A stretch of 64,000 bases of DNA from an uncultured Chloroflexia bacterium (GTDB lineage Bacteria > Chloroflexota > Chloroflexia > QHBQ01 > JADMIH01). A model generated the notes under the pieces. It had not been told where the DNA came from. It worked only from the letters and a program-made list of their open reading frames with translations, and did no database searches. The stretch lies in the NCBI GenBank assembly GCA_963797095.1, contig CAWCNY010000004.1:640001-704000 (forward strand), read 5' to 3'. Numbering within the stretch: position 1 is the first letter of the stretch; each line of letters opens with the position of its first letter. The position numbers and the translations under genes were made by a program. This document shows positions 1 to 9,843 of the stretch, piece by piece.

Positions 1-2
1 AG

Positions 3-887
3 CTGATCGCGATGCAAGACCAGGAGGAGAACCTGGCCCAGCACCGCGAAGAAATACGAGCGGTAACCGGAGACCTTGATCAACTCACCAACAAACTCGC
101 TTGGCTGGTACACCAGATCGAAGGCGCAGGCGAATGGGTACTCTCGACAGCAGGAGGCGACGGCGAAAGCAACTCCAATGGTGAGGTGGGCGATGGTGGG
201 CATCAGGGAGATGCGCAGCCCAACACGGGCGATCAAGTTATGTGGGCGCAGATAGCTATGGGACAGGAAGCAGAGCGCGCGCGCCTGGCAAGAGAAGTGC
301 ATGATGGGCCGGCGCAGGTCCTGGCAAACACGGTCATGCGGCTGCAATTCGTCGAGCAGATGGTAAAACACAAGCCCGAAGAAGTGAGCGCCGAACTGGT
401 ACGATTGCGGGCGGCCCTACAGGAGAGCTTGAAGGATGTGCGGAGATTCATTTTCAACCTGCGCCCTGCATCGCTCACAGATGCTGGGCTGATCGCCACC
501 CTCAAGTACTATGTGCAAGACTATGGAGAACAGACAGGAATACTGGTTGAACTGAATGTGCCGGAAACGCTGGTGCTCTCTTCCAACCAGGAACTTGTCG
601 TATTTCGAGTAATCCAGGAAGCCCTCCAGAACATCCACAAGCACGCCGAAGCGAGCGCGGTAACTATAGACATCCAGCAGCGGACCGGTGGCCCGCTCAG
701 TGTGACTATTACCGACGATGGGCGTGGGTTTGATACCAAGCGTGTTCGCCAGGGGCGGACCGGCAGCTCAGGGTTGGTGAGCATGAGAGAGCGAGCAGCG
801 ACCGTGGGTGGCACGCTAAAGGTAGAGAGCAGGCCCGGAGATGGCACTACAATTACGCTGGTGTTACCGATGCCGAAATACTCATAG
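3..887 (+). CDS. DegS/NarX-type sensor histidine kinase (HisKA_3 + HATPase), probably 5'-truncated by the window edge
   Basis: ERARLAREVHDGPAQ H-box, EALQNIHKHA N-box, DDGRGF and GLVSMRER; frame is open to the window start. Confidence 0.92.
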   Translation: MIAMQDQEENLAQHREEIRAVTGDLDQLTNKLAWLVHQIEGAGEWVLSTAGGDGESNSNGEVGDGGHQGDAQPNTGDQVMWAQIAMGQEAERARLAREVHDGPAQVLANTVMRLQFVEQMVKHKPEEVSAELVRLRAALQESLKDVRRFIFNLRPASLTDAGLIATLKYYVQDYGEQTGILVELNVPETLVLSSNQELVVFRVIQEALQNIHKHAEASAVTIDIQQRTGGPLSVTITDDGRGFDTKRVRQGRTGSSGLVSMRERAATVGGTLKVESRPGDGTTITLVLPMPKYS

Positions 888-902
888 GAGGAAAAAGGAT
901 TG

Positions 903-1589
903 ATGGAAAAAATCCGAGTCCTGATCGTTGATGATCACCCGCTGTTCCGGCAAGGTGTGCGCCACACGCTGGAAGCCACCAAGGATATAGAGGTGATCGG
1001 GGAAGCGCCGGACGGCCAGAGAGCAATTCAGATGGCCGAAACTCTCGCGCCTGATTTGATGCTGATCGACATCAACCTTCCTGGCCTGAACGGCCTGGAA
1101 GTAACGCGAGTGGTGCGCCGCAGGCAACCCCAGATCGCGGTGATCATCCTCACCGTGTACGAGGATGACGAGCAGTTATTCAACGCCACGAAGGTCGGGG
1201 CGGCGGCCTATTCGGCCAAAGATATTTCACCCGACCGGCTGCTCGATATCGTGCGCGAGGTAGCCGAAGGTCACTATCCGATCAACGACGCGGTATTGTC
1301 GCGCCCGTTCGTGGCGTCAAGGATGTTGAACCAGTTCCGCGAGCTTGCCTCCGCAGAGGCGGATGGCGGCGAGTCTGTGTTCGCGCCGCTGACCACACGT
1401 GAGGTGGAAATCCTGGATTGTATTGCGCGGGGCAACTCGAACAAAGAGATCGCGCGCATCCTGAATATATCGGACCAGACGGTGAAGAACCACATCACTT
1501 CCATCCTCCGCAAGCTGGCCGTGAACGACCGCACACAGGCGGTCATCTACGCGCTCAGGCACGGTTGGATCAAGATGTCCGACGATTGA
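903..1589 (+). CDS. NarL/DegU-family response regulator (REC + LuxR HTH)
   Basis: VDDH...IDINLP receiver; LTTREVEIL...GNSNKEIA...TVKNH HTH; AGGAGG RBS; directly follows the kinase. Confidence 0.95.
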   Translation: MEKIRVLIVDDHPLFRQGVRHTLEATKDIEVIGEAPDGQRAIQMAETLAPDLMLIDINLPGLNGLEVTRVVRRRQPQIAVIILTVYEDDEQLFNATKVGAAAYSAKDISPDRLLDIVREVAEGHYPINDAVLSRPFVASRMLNQFRELASAEADGGESVFAPLTTREVEILDCIARGNSNKEIARILNISDQTVKNHITSILRKLAVNDRTQAVIYALRHGWIKMSDD

Positions 1590-1608
1590 GCTTTCACCGC
1601 TCGGAGCA

Positions 1609-1647
1609 GACACACTATGGACCTGAGAGGGTCTGTAGTGTGTTTTC
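1609..1647 (+). terminator. Probable intrinsic terminator
   Basis: GACACACTATGGACC...GGTCTGTAGTGTGTT stem followed by TTC, just after the regulator stop. Confidence 0.6.
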
Positions 1648-1669
1648 ATATAGACCTATCCTCACAGTT

Positions 1670-2656
1670 ATGCCCACAGATACCCCGCCCCATAACCAGG
1701 CCACATACCGGCAAATGCTCAAGCGAAGGCTGGAGCGCCCAATTGACGCCCGGGTGCGGCGAATACATATCGAAAGCAAGACTCTCGGCGTAAAGAAGTC
1801 ATTCTACGTGGCCTTGCCGCCCGGTTACTCCAAATTGGCTAATGCAGGGCAGCACTACCCCACGCTCTACCTGTTCAGAGGTCATGAGCGCGAGTGGATA
1901 CACAGGCAGCAGGACCGCTCGCGGCGGGGGCGGACGGTGATCGACATTTACCGCGAACTACTGGAAGAAGCCAAGGTTGGGCCGGTGATCCTGGTGTTTC
2001 CGGGGATTTCGAGCGACGATAATCGTGTGCCCGGCCTGCTGGTGAATTTCCGCGAGCCTGAACTTGTGAAGAACGTGCCCGGTATCGGCACAGGCCGCTT
2101 CGAGGACTATTTTATCCGGGACGTTGTTCCCTACATTGATCGGCACTACAGGACCGTGGCAGACAGGCAGGGCAGGGCAGTTGATGGTTTTTCGCTTGGC
2201 GGGTTCCAGGCGATCAAAATCGCGGCGCAGTTTCCGGAGATGTTCTCCTCGGCGGGTGCCTTCGATGGCACGTTTCTGTACGCGACTGACAGAGGGCGGT
2301 CGGTCAAGAAGACGGACAGGGTGCTGCGTAACCCCATGTTCGCACCGGCGTTCGGCTCGGAGCGCGACCTGGGTTTTGTGACGGCCAACAGCCCGGCTAA
2401 CCTGATGTGGCGTGGCGACAGAGCGGCCTTAAGAGAGGTGCAATGGCTGATCAGGAGCGGCCCGCAGTCGGGCGAGCCGTGGCAATCGAACTACTACCGC
2501 AACCAGCACCTAATAGAGATAATGCGGGAGCGTGGGATCGAAAACGGTCTGAACCCGGTGTTCACACGAGCCACGCACAACTGGTATTGGGCCGACCGGC
2601 ATGTGGGCGAGACTCTGCCTCTGCATTGGGCCGCATTTAGTGGCAAAGGCCACTAA
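1670..2656 (+). CDS. Alpha/beta hydrolase, putative esterase family
   Basis: ALPPGY...YPTLYLF, GFSLGG nucleophile elbow, C-terminal HNW; ATG 1670 preferred because the longer ORF overlaps the regulator. Confidence 0.85.
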   Translation: MPTDTPPHNQATYRQMLKRRLERPIDARVRRIHIESKTLGVKKSFYVALPPGYSKLANAGQHYPTLYLFRGHEREWIHRQQDRSRRGRTVIDIYRELLEEAKVGPVILVFPGISSDDNRVPGLLVNFREPELVKNVPGIGTGRFEDYFIRDVVPYIDRHYRTVADRQGRAVDGFSLGGFQAIKIAAQFPEMFSSAGAFDGTFLYATDRGRSVKKTDRVLRNPMFAPAFGSERDLGFVTANSPANLMWRGDRAALREVQWLIRSGPQSGEPWQSNYYRNQHLIEIMRERGIENGLNPVFTRATHNWYWADRHVGETLPLHWAAFSGKGH

Positions 2657-2685
2657 GGGGGCGCAACATCGCCAGCATGGTGAGG

Positions 2686-3672
2686 CTAACTATTCAGCTT
2701 CCCCGCAGCCAGATCGCGCAACGCATTCAGCCCCTGATTGAGGGTCGGCACTTGCTCGTAATATGGAATCACAGGGGCAAGTCTTTCGAGGATAATCGCC
2801 CCAGCGTCGCTGGCAGTAAAACCCTTTCGCTCTAACTCAGCATCACATGCTTTCTGGAAATCGTCGTATAACTCGGCAAGATGGTCTACAAACTTATCGC
2901 CATAGCGGGTCTTGTAATCCCCAACTACTGCAAGACCAAGGGCATCAATATCGTCAATCTGCTCCGATTTCACCTTCCCCGTAAGATACGAAAACTCGCC
3001 CCACCATCGCGTCTCGAACAGCATCTGGATCATACCGGTGGCAATCTGCTTTGCATTCGGGGTTTGGAAAGCCAGTGAATAGGTTTTCCGTTCGCCATTG
3101 GGATGCTCATATGTAACAATAAGCCGATGACGCTCCTTGGTGAACAATCTGCCGGGATCGACTTGGTGCTCCGCCTCTACAAGATTGACGCCCGGCAAGG
3201 CCACTGTGCCTCTTTCAGCCAGCATCTTGATGTACTCGTCAACTGTAACCCCGGTTCCTACCGACTTCGTAGACGTTGGCTCATCAGCGTCTTCACCCAC
3301 CAGCAAAGTCTTCCCTATCTCCTCTACGAAATCTGACATAGCTCCGGCGGCTTCGGCGATTACAGGCAGCGCAATAATAGCTCCCATCTTGGCGGCTTCA
3401 AACAGCCAGGCAGCCTCGGACATGCGCTCATCGGATACATACAGCCACCCGATCTTAAATGCATACATCTTACCTGTCGGAATCAACGCGGATCGGGGGA
3501 GCTTGGAGTCGCGTCCCTCATACAGGTCCATAAGGCTGCCCTCAACTTTACCCTCCTTGGTCTTTGCCAGAGGTTCCGATGCCAAAAGCTCGGCCATGCT
3601 CGTTTCAGGTATGTCCCTGTTTCGAGGCACATCATATTTCTCGGTTGACTTCGCAAGATTGCTTTCCGGCAT
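2686..3672 (-). CDS. Hypothetical protein (~328 aa)
   Basis: Long ORF with natural acidic composition; no family recognised; start could be 3672 or 3738. Confidence 0.65.
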   Translation of the reverse strand: MPESNLAKSTEKYDVPRNRDIPETSMAELLASEPLAKTKEGKVEGSLMDLYEGRDSKLPRSALIPTGKMYAFKIGWLYVSDERMSEAAWLFEAAKMGAIIALPVIAEAAGAMSDFVEEIGKTLLVGEDADEPTSTKSVGTGVTVDEYIKMLAERGTVALPGVNLVEAEHQVDPGRLFTKERHRLIVTYEHPNGERKTYSLAFQTPNAKQIATGMIQMLFETRWWGEFSYLTGKVKSEQIDDIDALGLAVVGDYKTRYGDKFVDHLAELYDDFQKACDAELERKGFTASDAGAIILERLAPVIPYYEQVPTLNQGLNALRDLAAGKLNS

Positions 3673-3933
3673 AATGACCTCCAGTGCCAAAGTCGCCTTC
3701 GACGCGTCAAAGCACAGTCTAAAGAACCGGCTCTGCATCTACCGGATCTACCGGACCCTGTTTCGCATTATAGCTATCGGAGTGCACCCTGTCAAAACAA
3801 CAACAGCCAAAGCAAACGGTACGAGTTCAGACTGGGGGTAGGGGGTGCAGATCCACCTCAGGTCTAAACCTCTACAACAGCACGAACGCCAGGGTCTATT
3901 CAGAGTCGGGGAATGCAGTGCCAAGTTGGGGTA

Positions 3934-3962
3934 TGTCATTCTTCGCTGCGCTCCGAATGACA
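3934..3962. repeat. Palindromic REP-like unit TGTCATTC-TTCGCTGCGCTCC-GAATGACA
   Basis: 8-bp inverted repeat around a CGCTGCGCTC core; single copy in the window. Confidence 0.4.
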
Positions 3963-4248
3963 AGGCGTAGTTGGCTCTCTTGCAACCAGCATCTTCCTGA
4001 CTGTGCTGGTGCTGTTGGCCGCTCAGTTCGTCTTCTACTTGATGAGCAGTTGGCCTGCCTGTGCGGTGCAATGGCTGCGTAAGTTGGGTGGCACGTTAGG
4101 TCTGAGCGCAGACAGGGACGGGCCGTACTTCGTGCTGAGGGGGTTGAGTGCCGTCTGGCAGGCGATAGCTGCTCTCACCTGGCTACTCGTTTGTCCATTC
4201 CCCCGTGAAGCTTTTCCGAGATGTGGGTAATCACCGAGAATATTAATC

Positions 4249-4277
4249 TTGACAAGCACGCACAATTCTCCTATACT
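4249..4277 (+). promoter_or_regulatory. Sigma70 promoter of tRNA-Asn
   Basis: TTGACA-17 nt-TATACT. Confidence 0.8.
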
Positions 4278-4325
4278 ATGATGTGCCTCTAAATGGAGGC
4301 AGTTTTTTCGGTCGATGAACGACAT

Positions 4326-4400
4326 TCCGCGATAGCTCAACGGTAGAGCAGGCGGCTGTTAACCGCAAGGTTCTAGGTTCGAATCCTAGTCGCGGAGCCA
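4326..4400 (+). tRNA. tRNA-Asn(GTT)
   Basis: Acceptor TCCGCGA/TCGCGGA, D arm AGCTCAACGGTAGAGC, anticodon loop CTGTTAA, T loop GGTTCGAATCC, encoded CCA. Confidence 0.98.
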
Positions 4401-4406
4401 GGCGTG

Positions 4407-4441
4407 AAGGTAGAACTCGAAGGGGTTCTGCCTTTTTGTTT
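4407..4441 (+). terminator. Intrinsic terminator after the tRNA
   Basis: GGTAGAACTC-GAAG-GGGTTCTGCC followed by TTTTTGTTT. Confidence 0.8.
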
Positions 4442-4533
4442 GCCCCGTCGGATATGCCTGCTTTCAATGATTGAGTGCCGTCTCAATATGTATTTCTCAC
4501 CCAACGTGGCGCGGGTGTGGCAAAATATAAGTC

Positions 4534-6834
4534 ATGGGCAAAAAGGACAGGACCCAACGGGCGCTTAGGCTCGACAGGACGCGATGGTTGATTGTGTTGT
4601 TAGCGGCCATAGTGCCGTTGCTGGCGAGCCAGCAGGTGGCAGCCACATCCACCCAGGACCTGGGAGCGCCGGGCGACCTGAACAACGTCACCGGGCTGAA
4701 AGCCAGTGAGATCGGCGAAGATGGCACTTTCAGATGGGGCGGCGATCAGGTCGGGATCGATTTGCAGCCGATGGGCTGGCCGCTCTACACTACCCTCTAC
4801 GTGCAGGGAGTGCGGCCCGAGGGATTCCCTCTCGCGCAGGTAGGCGCTGGGGCCAACGGGAAGGGCCTGGGGGTGCAGGAGATACCGCGCAACCCGTCCA
4901 CCCTGGAATACCGGCTTCCTGTTGCGTCGCTCCTGAATATCAATCCCAGGATCGAGCTAACCAGCACCCTCTTTCAGCCGCCGGGCGACGCTCGCATACT
5001 TGGGATTGTCTATTACCGTATCGAGGAGCGCACCGGGCCAGGACCATCCCTTCCGTCTCTGTGGCCCGCCTTACCATTGATACTGAGCGTGCTCCTGACC
5101 TATCTGGCCGTTAGCAGGCTCATGGTGGTTGTCGGCTGGGGCAGTCAGGCCGGGGATCGCAGGCTATGGAGTATCGCGCTCGTTCTAGCGTTGGTTTGGG
5201 GCATCGGCATCGGAGTCTTGAACGCAGTCGAGCGGCCCTGGTTGGTCTTCTATAGCTGGTACATTATTGTACCTCCCCTGGTGATTCTGTTGGTCGTTCC
5301 GTGGCTTTCCACGCTCCGTTCGCCCATGTCAAGGGCTGTGACTATTGCGGTAAGTGCGGAAGGCAAGAGCCAGGAAGCGCTTGCCGAGAAGGCGTGGCCC
5401 ATCGCACTGGCGCTAACTGCTGCGTCGCTTCTGGTGCTCCTGTGGCACCTGCTCGCCCCAGCCGAGCCACAGGTAGAGGACCCGACCCATAACATCAGTT
5501 GGGGCGTGTCGTTCTACACTTCCTTGCCGTGGCCTTTCCAGGTCGCGGGCGTGGCCCTGGTGATAGGCTCCCTGGCCTGGGCATGGTTCGCGCCTACCGC
5601 GCCTATTGACACCGTACAAAACAACAACCTCAAACAGGACAGTAACTACAGTATTAAACAGGAGAGCAGCCTGGGGAGATGGGTTGGAGGGGCGCTTACT
5701 AACCCAAGTGTGGTCATACCCATTGTGGGAATGATATTGTTCGCTTTGCTCCCTGTTGCGTATTCGGAGGGCGATAGCAACGAGTTCGACACCAAGATAC
5801 CCAAGGGCGCGATCTGGCGCGAGCGTGAATTGATCGACTTCTACGTTAAGGTCCGCCTCTGGAGATTGCTGGAATGGATATTACCTCGCCCCTCGCAGAT
5901 TTACGAACTGGTTGCGGTGCTGGCCGGAGGTCTGTACCTGGCGGGCGCGGGCCTGGTAGGGAGAACACTGGGCCGGAGCAAGACCGATGCTCTGATAATA
6001 GTGGGAGCGCTGGCTGCCACCGGCAACATACTCTTCTTCTTTCGCTATATCGAGAGTTACGCTCTGGTGACTGCCCTAAGCGTGTTCGTGTTATGGGCGT
6101 GCTGGCGTTATACAGAAGGCAAGCTATCGTTCGGGGCGGTAGGCGCACTGGCGACCTTGACTCCCCTGGTGCATGGGTCGGCGCTGTGGTGGGGTCCAAT
6201 GGTGGCGGCTGCATGGCTGCTGCGGGCGCGCCAGTATCCGCCTGAAACGCGCTGGCGTATGGCCCTTGCCGACCTGCGCGATGGCGTTGGTGTGGGGCTG
6301 GCAATCGTGCTGGTTGTAGTCAGCATCATGATGATCGACGCCTACGATCTGGAACGGCTACAGGTGGGCCTGGGAGAGATGGGCGGAGGCGATGCTCGCA
6401 CCCTGCTCCCACTCTTCACAATCGAGACCCGTTTTGAGCATTACGCGTTCTTCTCCTGGTCGCACCTGGGTGCTGTAGTTCAGGAGCAGCTACTCACCGC
6501 TCCAATGGCCCTTCTGACGTTAGGCATCGTGGCCGCCCTGGCGTGGAGGGGTGTGCGGCAGGTAGCGGCGCGCACCCCTGCCTTTGTGACTCTAGCGGTA
6601 GGAGCCGCTGGTATGCTCTTCTACAGCATCACCTGGAATCCCGACCTTGGTCCCCGCAATGACTGGGACCTTTTGGCGCTTCCTGCCTTACCCCTGACAA
6701 TGATGGCGATTTATCTGCTGTTGCAACTCCCCAGAAGCAAGGCTCGAAGGCTTGCCCTTACCGCCTATCTATCAATGTCCGGTGTACATGCAGCGGCCTG
6801 GTTTTTGCTACACTACCTGGGAATAAGATATTAG
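4534..6834 (+). CDS. Large polytopic membrane protein, probable GT-C fold glycosyltransferase with an N-terminal extracytoplasmic domain
   Basis: Signal/anchor, beta-rich FRWG...DARILG domain, many TM helices, YIESY and WNPDLGPRNDWDL loops; function is inference. Confidence 0.6.
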   Translation: MGKKDRTQRALRLDRTRWLIVLLAAIVPLLASQQVAATSTQDLGAPGDLNNVTGLKASEIGEDGTFRWGGDQVGIDLQPMGWPLYTTLYVQGVRPEGFPLAQVGAGANGKGLGVQEIPRNPSTLEYRLPVASLLNINPRIELTSTLFQPPGDARILGIVYYRIEERTGPGPSLPSLWPALPLILSVLLTYLAVSRLMVVVGWGSQAGDRRLWSIALVLALVWGIGIGVLNAVERPWLVFYSWYIIVPPLVILLVVPWLSTLRSPMSRAVTIAVSAEGKSQEALAEKAWPIALALTAASLLVLLWHLLAPAEPQVEDPTHNISWGVSFYTSLPWPFQVAGVALVIGSLAWAWFAPTAPIDTVQNNNLKQDSNYSIKQESSLGRWVGGALTNPSVVIPIVGMILFALLPVAYSEGDSNEFDTKIPKGAIWRERELIDFYVKVRLWRLLEWILPRPSQIYELVAVLAGGLYLAGAGLVGRTLGRSKTDALIIVGALAATGNILFFFRYIESYALVTALSVFVLWACWRYTEGKLSFGAVGALATLTPLVHGSALWWGPMVAAAWLLRARQYPPETRWRMALADLRDGVGVGLAIVLVVVSIMMIDAYDLERLQVGLGEMGGGDARTLLPLFTIETRFEHYAFFSWSHLGAVVQEQLLTAPMALLTLGIVAALAWRGVRQVAARTPAFVTLAVGAAGMLFYSITWNPDLGPRNDWDLLALPALPLTMMAIYLLLQLPRSKARRLALTAYLSMSGVHAAAWFLLHYLGIRY

Positions 6835-6835
6835 C

Positions 6836-6898
6836 GTGATGCGTGACCTACTGCGTCTTGCGTATTCACTCGTCACTCGTCACTCGTCACTCGTCACT
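6836..6898. repeat. Composite heptamer tandem repeat ending in (ACTCGTC)4
   Basis: Visible in sequence; near-identical architecture at 38996-39056. Confidence 0.9.
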
Positions 6899-6919
6899 TA
6901 AGGTATAATTAAAGGACTG

Positions 6920-7345
6920 ATGCCAAACTTGGAAGGAAGAACGGAAGTGGAACGACAAGCAGCTATCGAGCGCCTTTTGGAACTATATGACAACCCCACG
7001 CATTTCGGGCCGATGGAAAATGCCGATGTGTCGGTCAAGGGAGGTAATCCCGGTTGTGGGGATATTGTGGACATCTACATCAAGGTAGACGACTCAGGTA
7101 AGGTCGAGCGCATCATGTTCGAGGGAGAGGGGTGCACCATCAGCCAGGCGGCGGCAGAGCTTGTGTCGGAGCGCATGGAAGGCGCTACTTTGGACGAGAT
7201 AGAACACCTCGAACATGACGTCATAATTGACGCGCTAGGTCGCGATGTGGTGATGAGCAGGCCTCGCTGTGCGACCCTCGCGCTTGGCACGCTCAAGCAG
7301 GCGGTACACGATTACAAAACCAGGCAGCGCCAGCAGCAATCGTAA
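6920..7345 (+). CDS. sufU: SufU/IscU-family Fe-S assembly protein
   Basis: NPGCGD, GEGCTISQAAA and RPRCA cysteine motifs. Confidence 0.9.
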   Translation: MPNLEGRTEVERQAAIERLLELYDNPTHFGPMENADVSVKGGNPGCGDIVDIYIKVDDSGKVERIMFEGEGCTISQAAAELVSERMEGATLDEIEHLEHDVIIDALGRDVVMSRPRCATLALGTLKQAVHDYKTRQRQQQS

Positions 7346-7379
7346 CGCCCGCTATTTTCTCGATAGTTGCCGTATCAAT

Positions 7380-8585
7380 CTATTCGCTCAATTGCAGAGG
7401 CACCGGCTGCTCTACAGGGCCTGAATAAGCATCGCCCCTCTTGAACGCCCCGGCGAATCGAGCCATCGTCACCACAAGCCCCGCCAGCAGACTTGCTCCC
7501 ACGCAACATATGAAAACCGCCGCGGGCCCAAGCGCGTCAAAGATCACACCGGCAATTGGGCCCGCAACCAGGGGAGCAAGTCCCCACAACCCCGCGTTCA
7601 TAAGCCCCTGCGACGTGGAAGACCACTCAGGCGGCCCCCAGTCGGACACCAAACGCACTGTCGTAGGCATGAACAGGCCAAATCCGAATCCCTGGATAAC
7701 GCCTATGCCCAGCAGCAGAATTGGCAGATGAAAGAGGGCCACACCCAGATAAGAGCAACCGAGCAGAAGGTAGGATAGCACCAGCGTCGGTGGCCCGCCG
7801 AGGTGGCGCATGATCGCTTCGCTCCAGCGCATCATCGGCAGCTCGCTCAGGGCAACCACACAGTAGAACAGGCCAACAAGCACCTGCCCACCCACCTGGT
7901 CCAGGTACACTCCTGTAAACGTGATCGACACCGCGAAGGCAAGCCCAAACACTAACGTGGCAACCAGCACCACCCGAAGCCTGACATCGCCTATAGCCAG
8001 CTTCAGCGGGGGCCGAGTATACGTCTCTTGTGGACTATCCTCCTCCAACCGGGCGGCAAATGGGAGCACCGCAAACAGCGACAGGCTTGAGAGCGGAAAC
8101 ATCAGAGAGAAACCCCACTGCTCCCATAGTACGCCGCACAACGCAGACACAATTGCCCAGCTCAGCGAACCCCAGAGCCGCATCCTGCCATAACCCAGAC
8201 CCCTCCGAACCGCCGTTCGGGCAATCAACCCGTCCGCAATCGGCATAACTGGCGCGGCGGCGGCACACCATAAGGCCATCACAGGCAGAAACGTGACAAA
8301 GGAAACAGGAAACGGCATTACCAGTTGCATCAGGGCGGTGCCAACCAGCCCCAAAACCAACAGACGCACTCGCCAGGCATGCCTGTCGCCCAGAGCCGTG
8401 ATGCCGGGGCCAACCAGCAACGACATTAACGGGCCAACCGCCGACAATAGCCCTATCTCACTCCCCGTCAGACCCTGGTGCGCGAAAAATACGCTCAGAA
8501 ACGGCATACACACGGCCTGCGCTGCGAAGAAGCCGAAGTAAAAAAGCGCAGCTGTAGTGGTAGGTCTAAAGTTGAAATGCCTCAT
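7380..8585 (-). CDS. MFS transporter (MFS_1-like)
   Basis: About 12 TM helices, GLTGSEIGLL, YGRMRLWGSL motif. Confidence 0.92.
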   Translation of the reverse strand: MRHFNFRPTTTAALFYFGFFAAQAVCMPFLSVFFAHQGLTGSEIGLLSAVGPLMSLLVGPGITALGDRHAWRVRLLVLGLVGTALMQLVMPFPVSFVTFLPVMALWCAAAAPVMPIADGLIARTAVRRGLGYGRMRLWGSLSWAIVSALCGVLWEQWGFSLMFPLSSLSLFAVLPFAARLEEDSPQETYTRPPLKLAIGDVRLRVVLVATLVFGLAFAVSITFTGVYLDQVGGQVLVGLFYCVVALSELPMMRWSEAIMRHLGGPPTLVLSYLLLGCSYLGVALFHLPILLLGIGVIQGFGFGLFMPTTVRLVSDWGPPEWSSTSQGLMNAGLWGLAPLVAGPIAGVIFDALGPAAVFICCVGASLLAGLVVTMARFAGAFKRGDAYSGPVEQPVPLQLSE

Positions 8586-8602
8586 CTAAGACGAGCGCCG
8601 GG

Positions 8603-9244
8603 CTAAGCGCTCAGGTCAAGCAGACGCTTGCGTTGGTCGCCCTTCACCAGGGTGATCGAGCCTGTTGGAAACACCTGTAAGGTGTACTCTTCGCCCCTCC
8701 AGATAGCGAGCACCGGGCCGGGTGGCCTCCCCTTGAAGGTGACGTTGCCCTTCACGATCTCCCCCTCGCGCTTGAGACGCAGTGAAAAACCATGCCAGCT
8801 TTCGCGGAAAATGTCTGTGATCGCTTCATAGGCGCTCTCGTAGCGCGCCCCGTTGGCCTGTGCCGAATTTGAGCGCAAAGTAACTGCGGTGCGATAATTA
8901 TTCTGGGCTACGTCCTGCACGTCGTCTACCTGGGGCAGTATCTCTCCCCAGGGCGTGCCAAGCGGCACGCGTACATATCCGAGGTGGCCCTGCACGCGAT
9001 CGTCAGAAGAAAATCTATATCGCGGGTAGACCGTGATCTCGACCAGGCCGTTGACCTCGTAGCCAATGAAGAGAAGGCTGTTGGCATACTGCACGGCCAG
9101 CCCGATGAAATCCTCGGTCAGGAAGGCGGGAGTGCCGGCATCGCTGTCCCCGCCATCGTCATCGGGCGGGCGGGCGTGGCGGCGTGGTCTTGTGCGTCGC
9201 ACAGGCTCCGATGATGTATAATCTGTGTCGTATTCTTCGTCCAT
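8603..9244 (-). CDS. Hypothetical protein
   Basis: 213-aa ORF filling the gap, co-oriented with the MFS gene; no family recognised. Confidence 0.65.
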   Translation of the reverse strand: MDEEYDTDYTSSEPVRRTRPRRHARPPDDDGGDSDAGTPAFLTEDFIGLAVQYANSLLFIGYEVNGLVEITVYPRYRFSSDDRVQGHLGYVRVPLGTPWGEILPQVDDVQDVAQNNYRTAVTLRSNSAQANGARYESAYEAITDIFRESWHGFSLRLKREGEIVKGNVTFKGRPPGPVLAIWRGEEYTLQVFPTGSITLVKGDQRKRLLDLSA

Positions 9245-9284
9245 ATTACTCTAATATAACAGGTTTGCAGGGGGAACAGAAAGC

Positions 9285-9839
9285 ATGAGCATGAGAAGAC
9301 CGCGCTACGACATGGGCAGGGTCGATTGGATAGGAGCCGAAGCAGTAGGGGTGCCTGGACAGCGCACCTTCCGCCTAGTAGTTTACAGTAAGACGATGTC
9401 GGCGTACCTGTGGCTCGAGAAGGAGGAGTTGCAGGCGCTCACCCAGGCCGTCGCGCAGATGCTCCACGAAATTACCACCGAGCGCGGCTCGCAATTCCCC
9501 ATGCGAGAGATAGGAACAGATAACCCCAAGCCCGCAGGCTTCCCCGACAACCCCGAATTCGACCTGAAGATCGGCGCTTTGGGTCTCAAGTACGATTCGG
9601 GACGCGAATTGGTGGCTATCGAAGCCTCCTCGCCGGAGGACGAAGAACAATCGCTGCCGCGCTTCAGGTGCTTCGTATCCAGGGAACAGCTGGAAAAGCT
9701 ACAGGTCAACGCATTGGACGTGATCTCTGCGGGGAGGCCGCGCTGTCCGCTTTGCGGAACGCCACTCACCAACCCAGGAATGCCACACTTTTGCCCACCG
9801 ACAAATGGGCATCAGAAATTGACCGAAGAGGAAGTGTGA
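9285..9839 (+). CDS. DUF3090-family protein
   Basis: AVGVPGQRTF, WLEKEEL, and C-terminal AGRPRCPLCG...HFCPPTNGH. Confidence 0.85.
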   Translation: MSMRRPRYDMGRVDWIGAEAVGVPGQRTFRLVVYSKTMSAYLWLEKEELQALTQAVAQMLHEITTERGSQFPMREIGTDNPKPAGFPDNPEFDLKIGALGLKYDSGRELVAIEASSPEDEEQSLPRFRCFVSREQLEKLQVNALDVISAGRPRCPLCGTPLTNPGMPHFCPPTNGHQKLTEEEV

Positions 9840-9843
9840 GGAG

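Noticed and set aside
1418-1669. N-terminal extension of the esterase ORF
   Set aside because: Overlaps the response regulator and crosses its terminator
4326-4400. tRNA-anchored genomic island
   Set aside because: No integrase and no duplicated tRNA 3' end seen in the window
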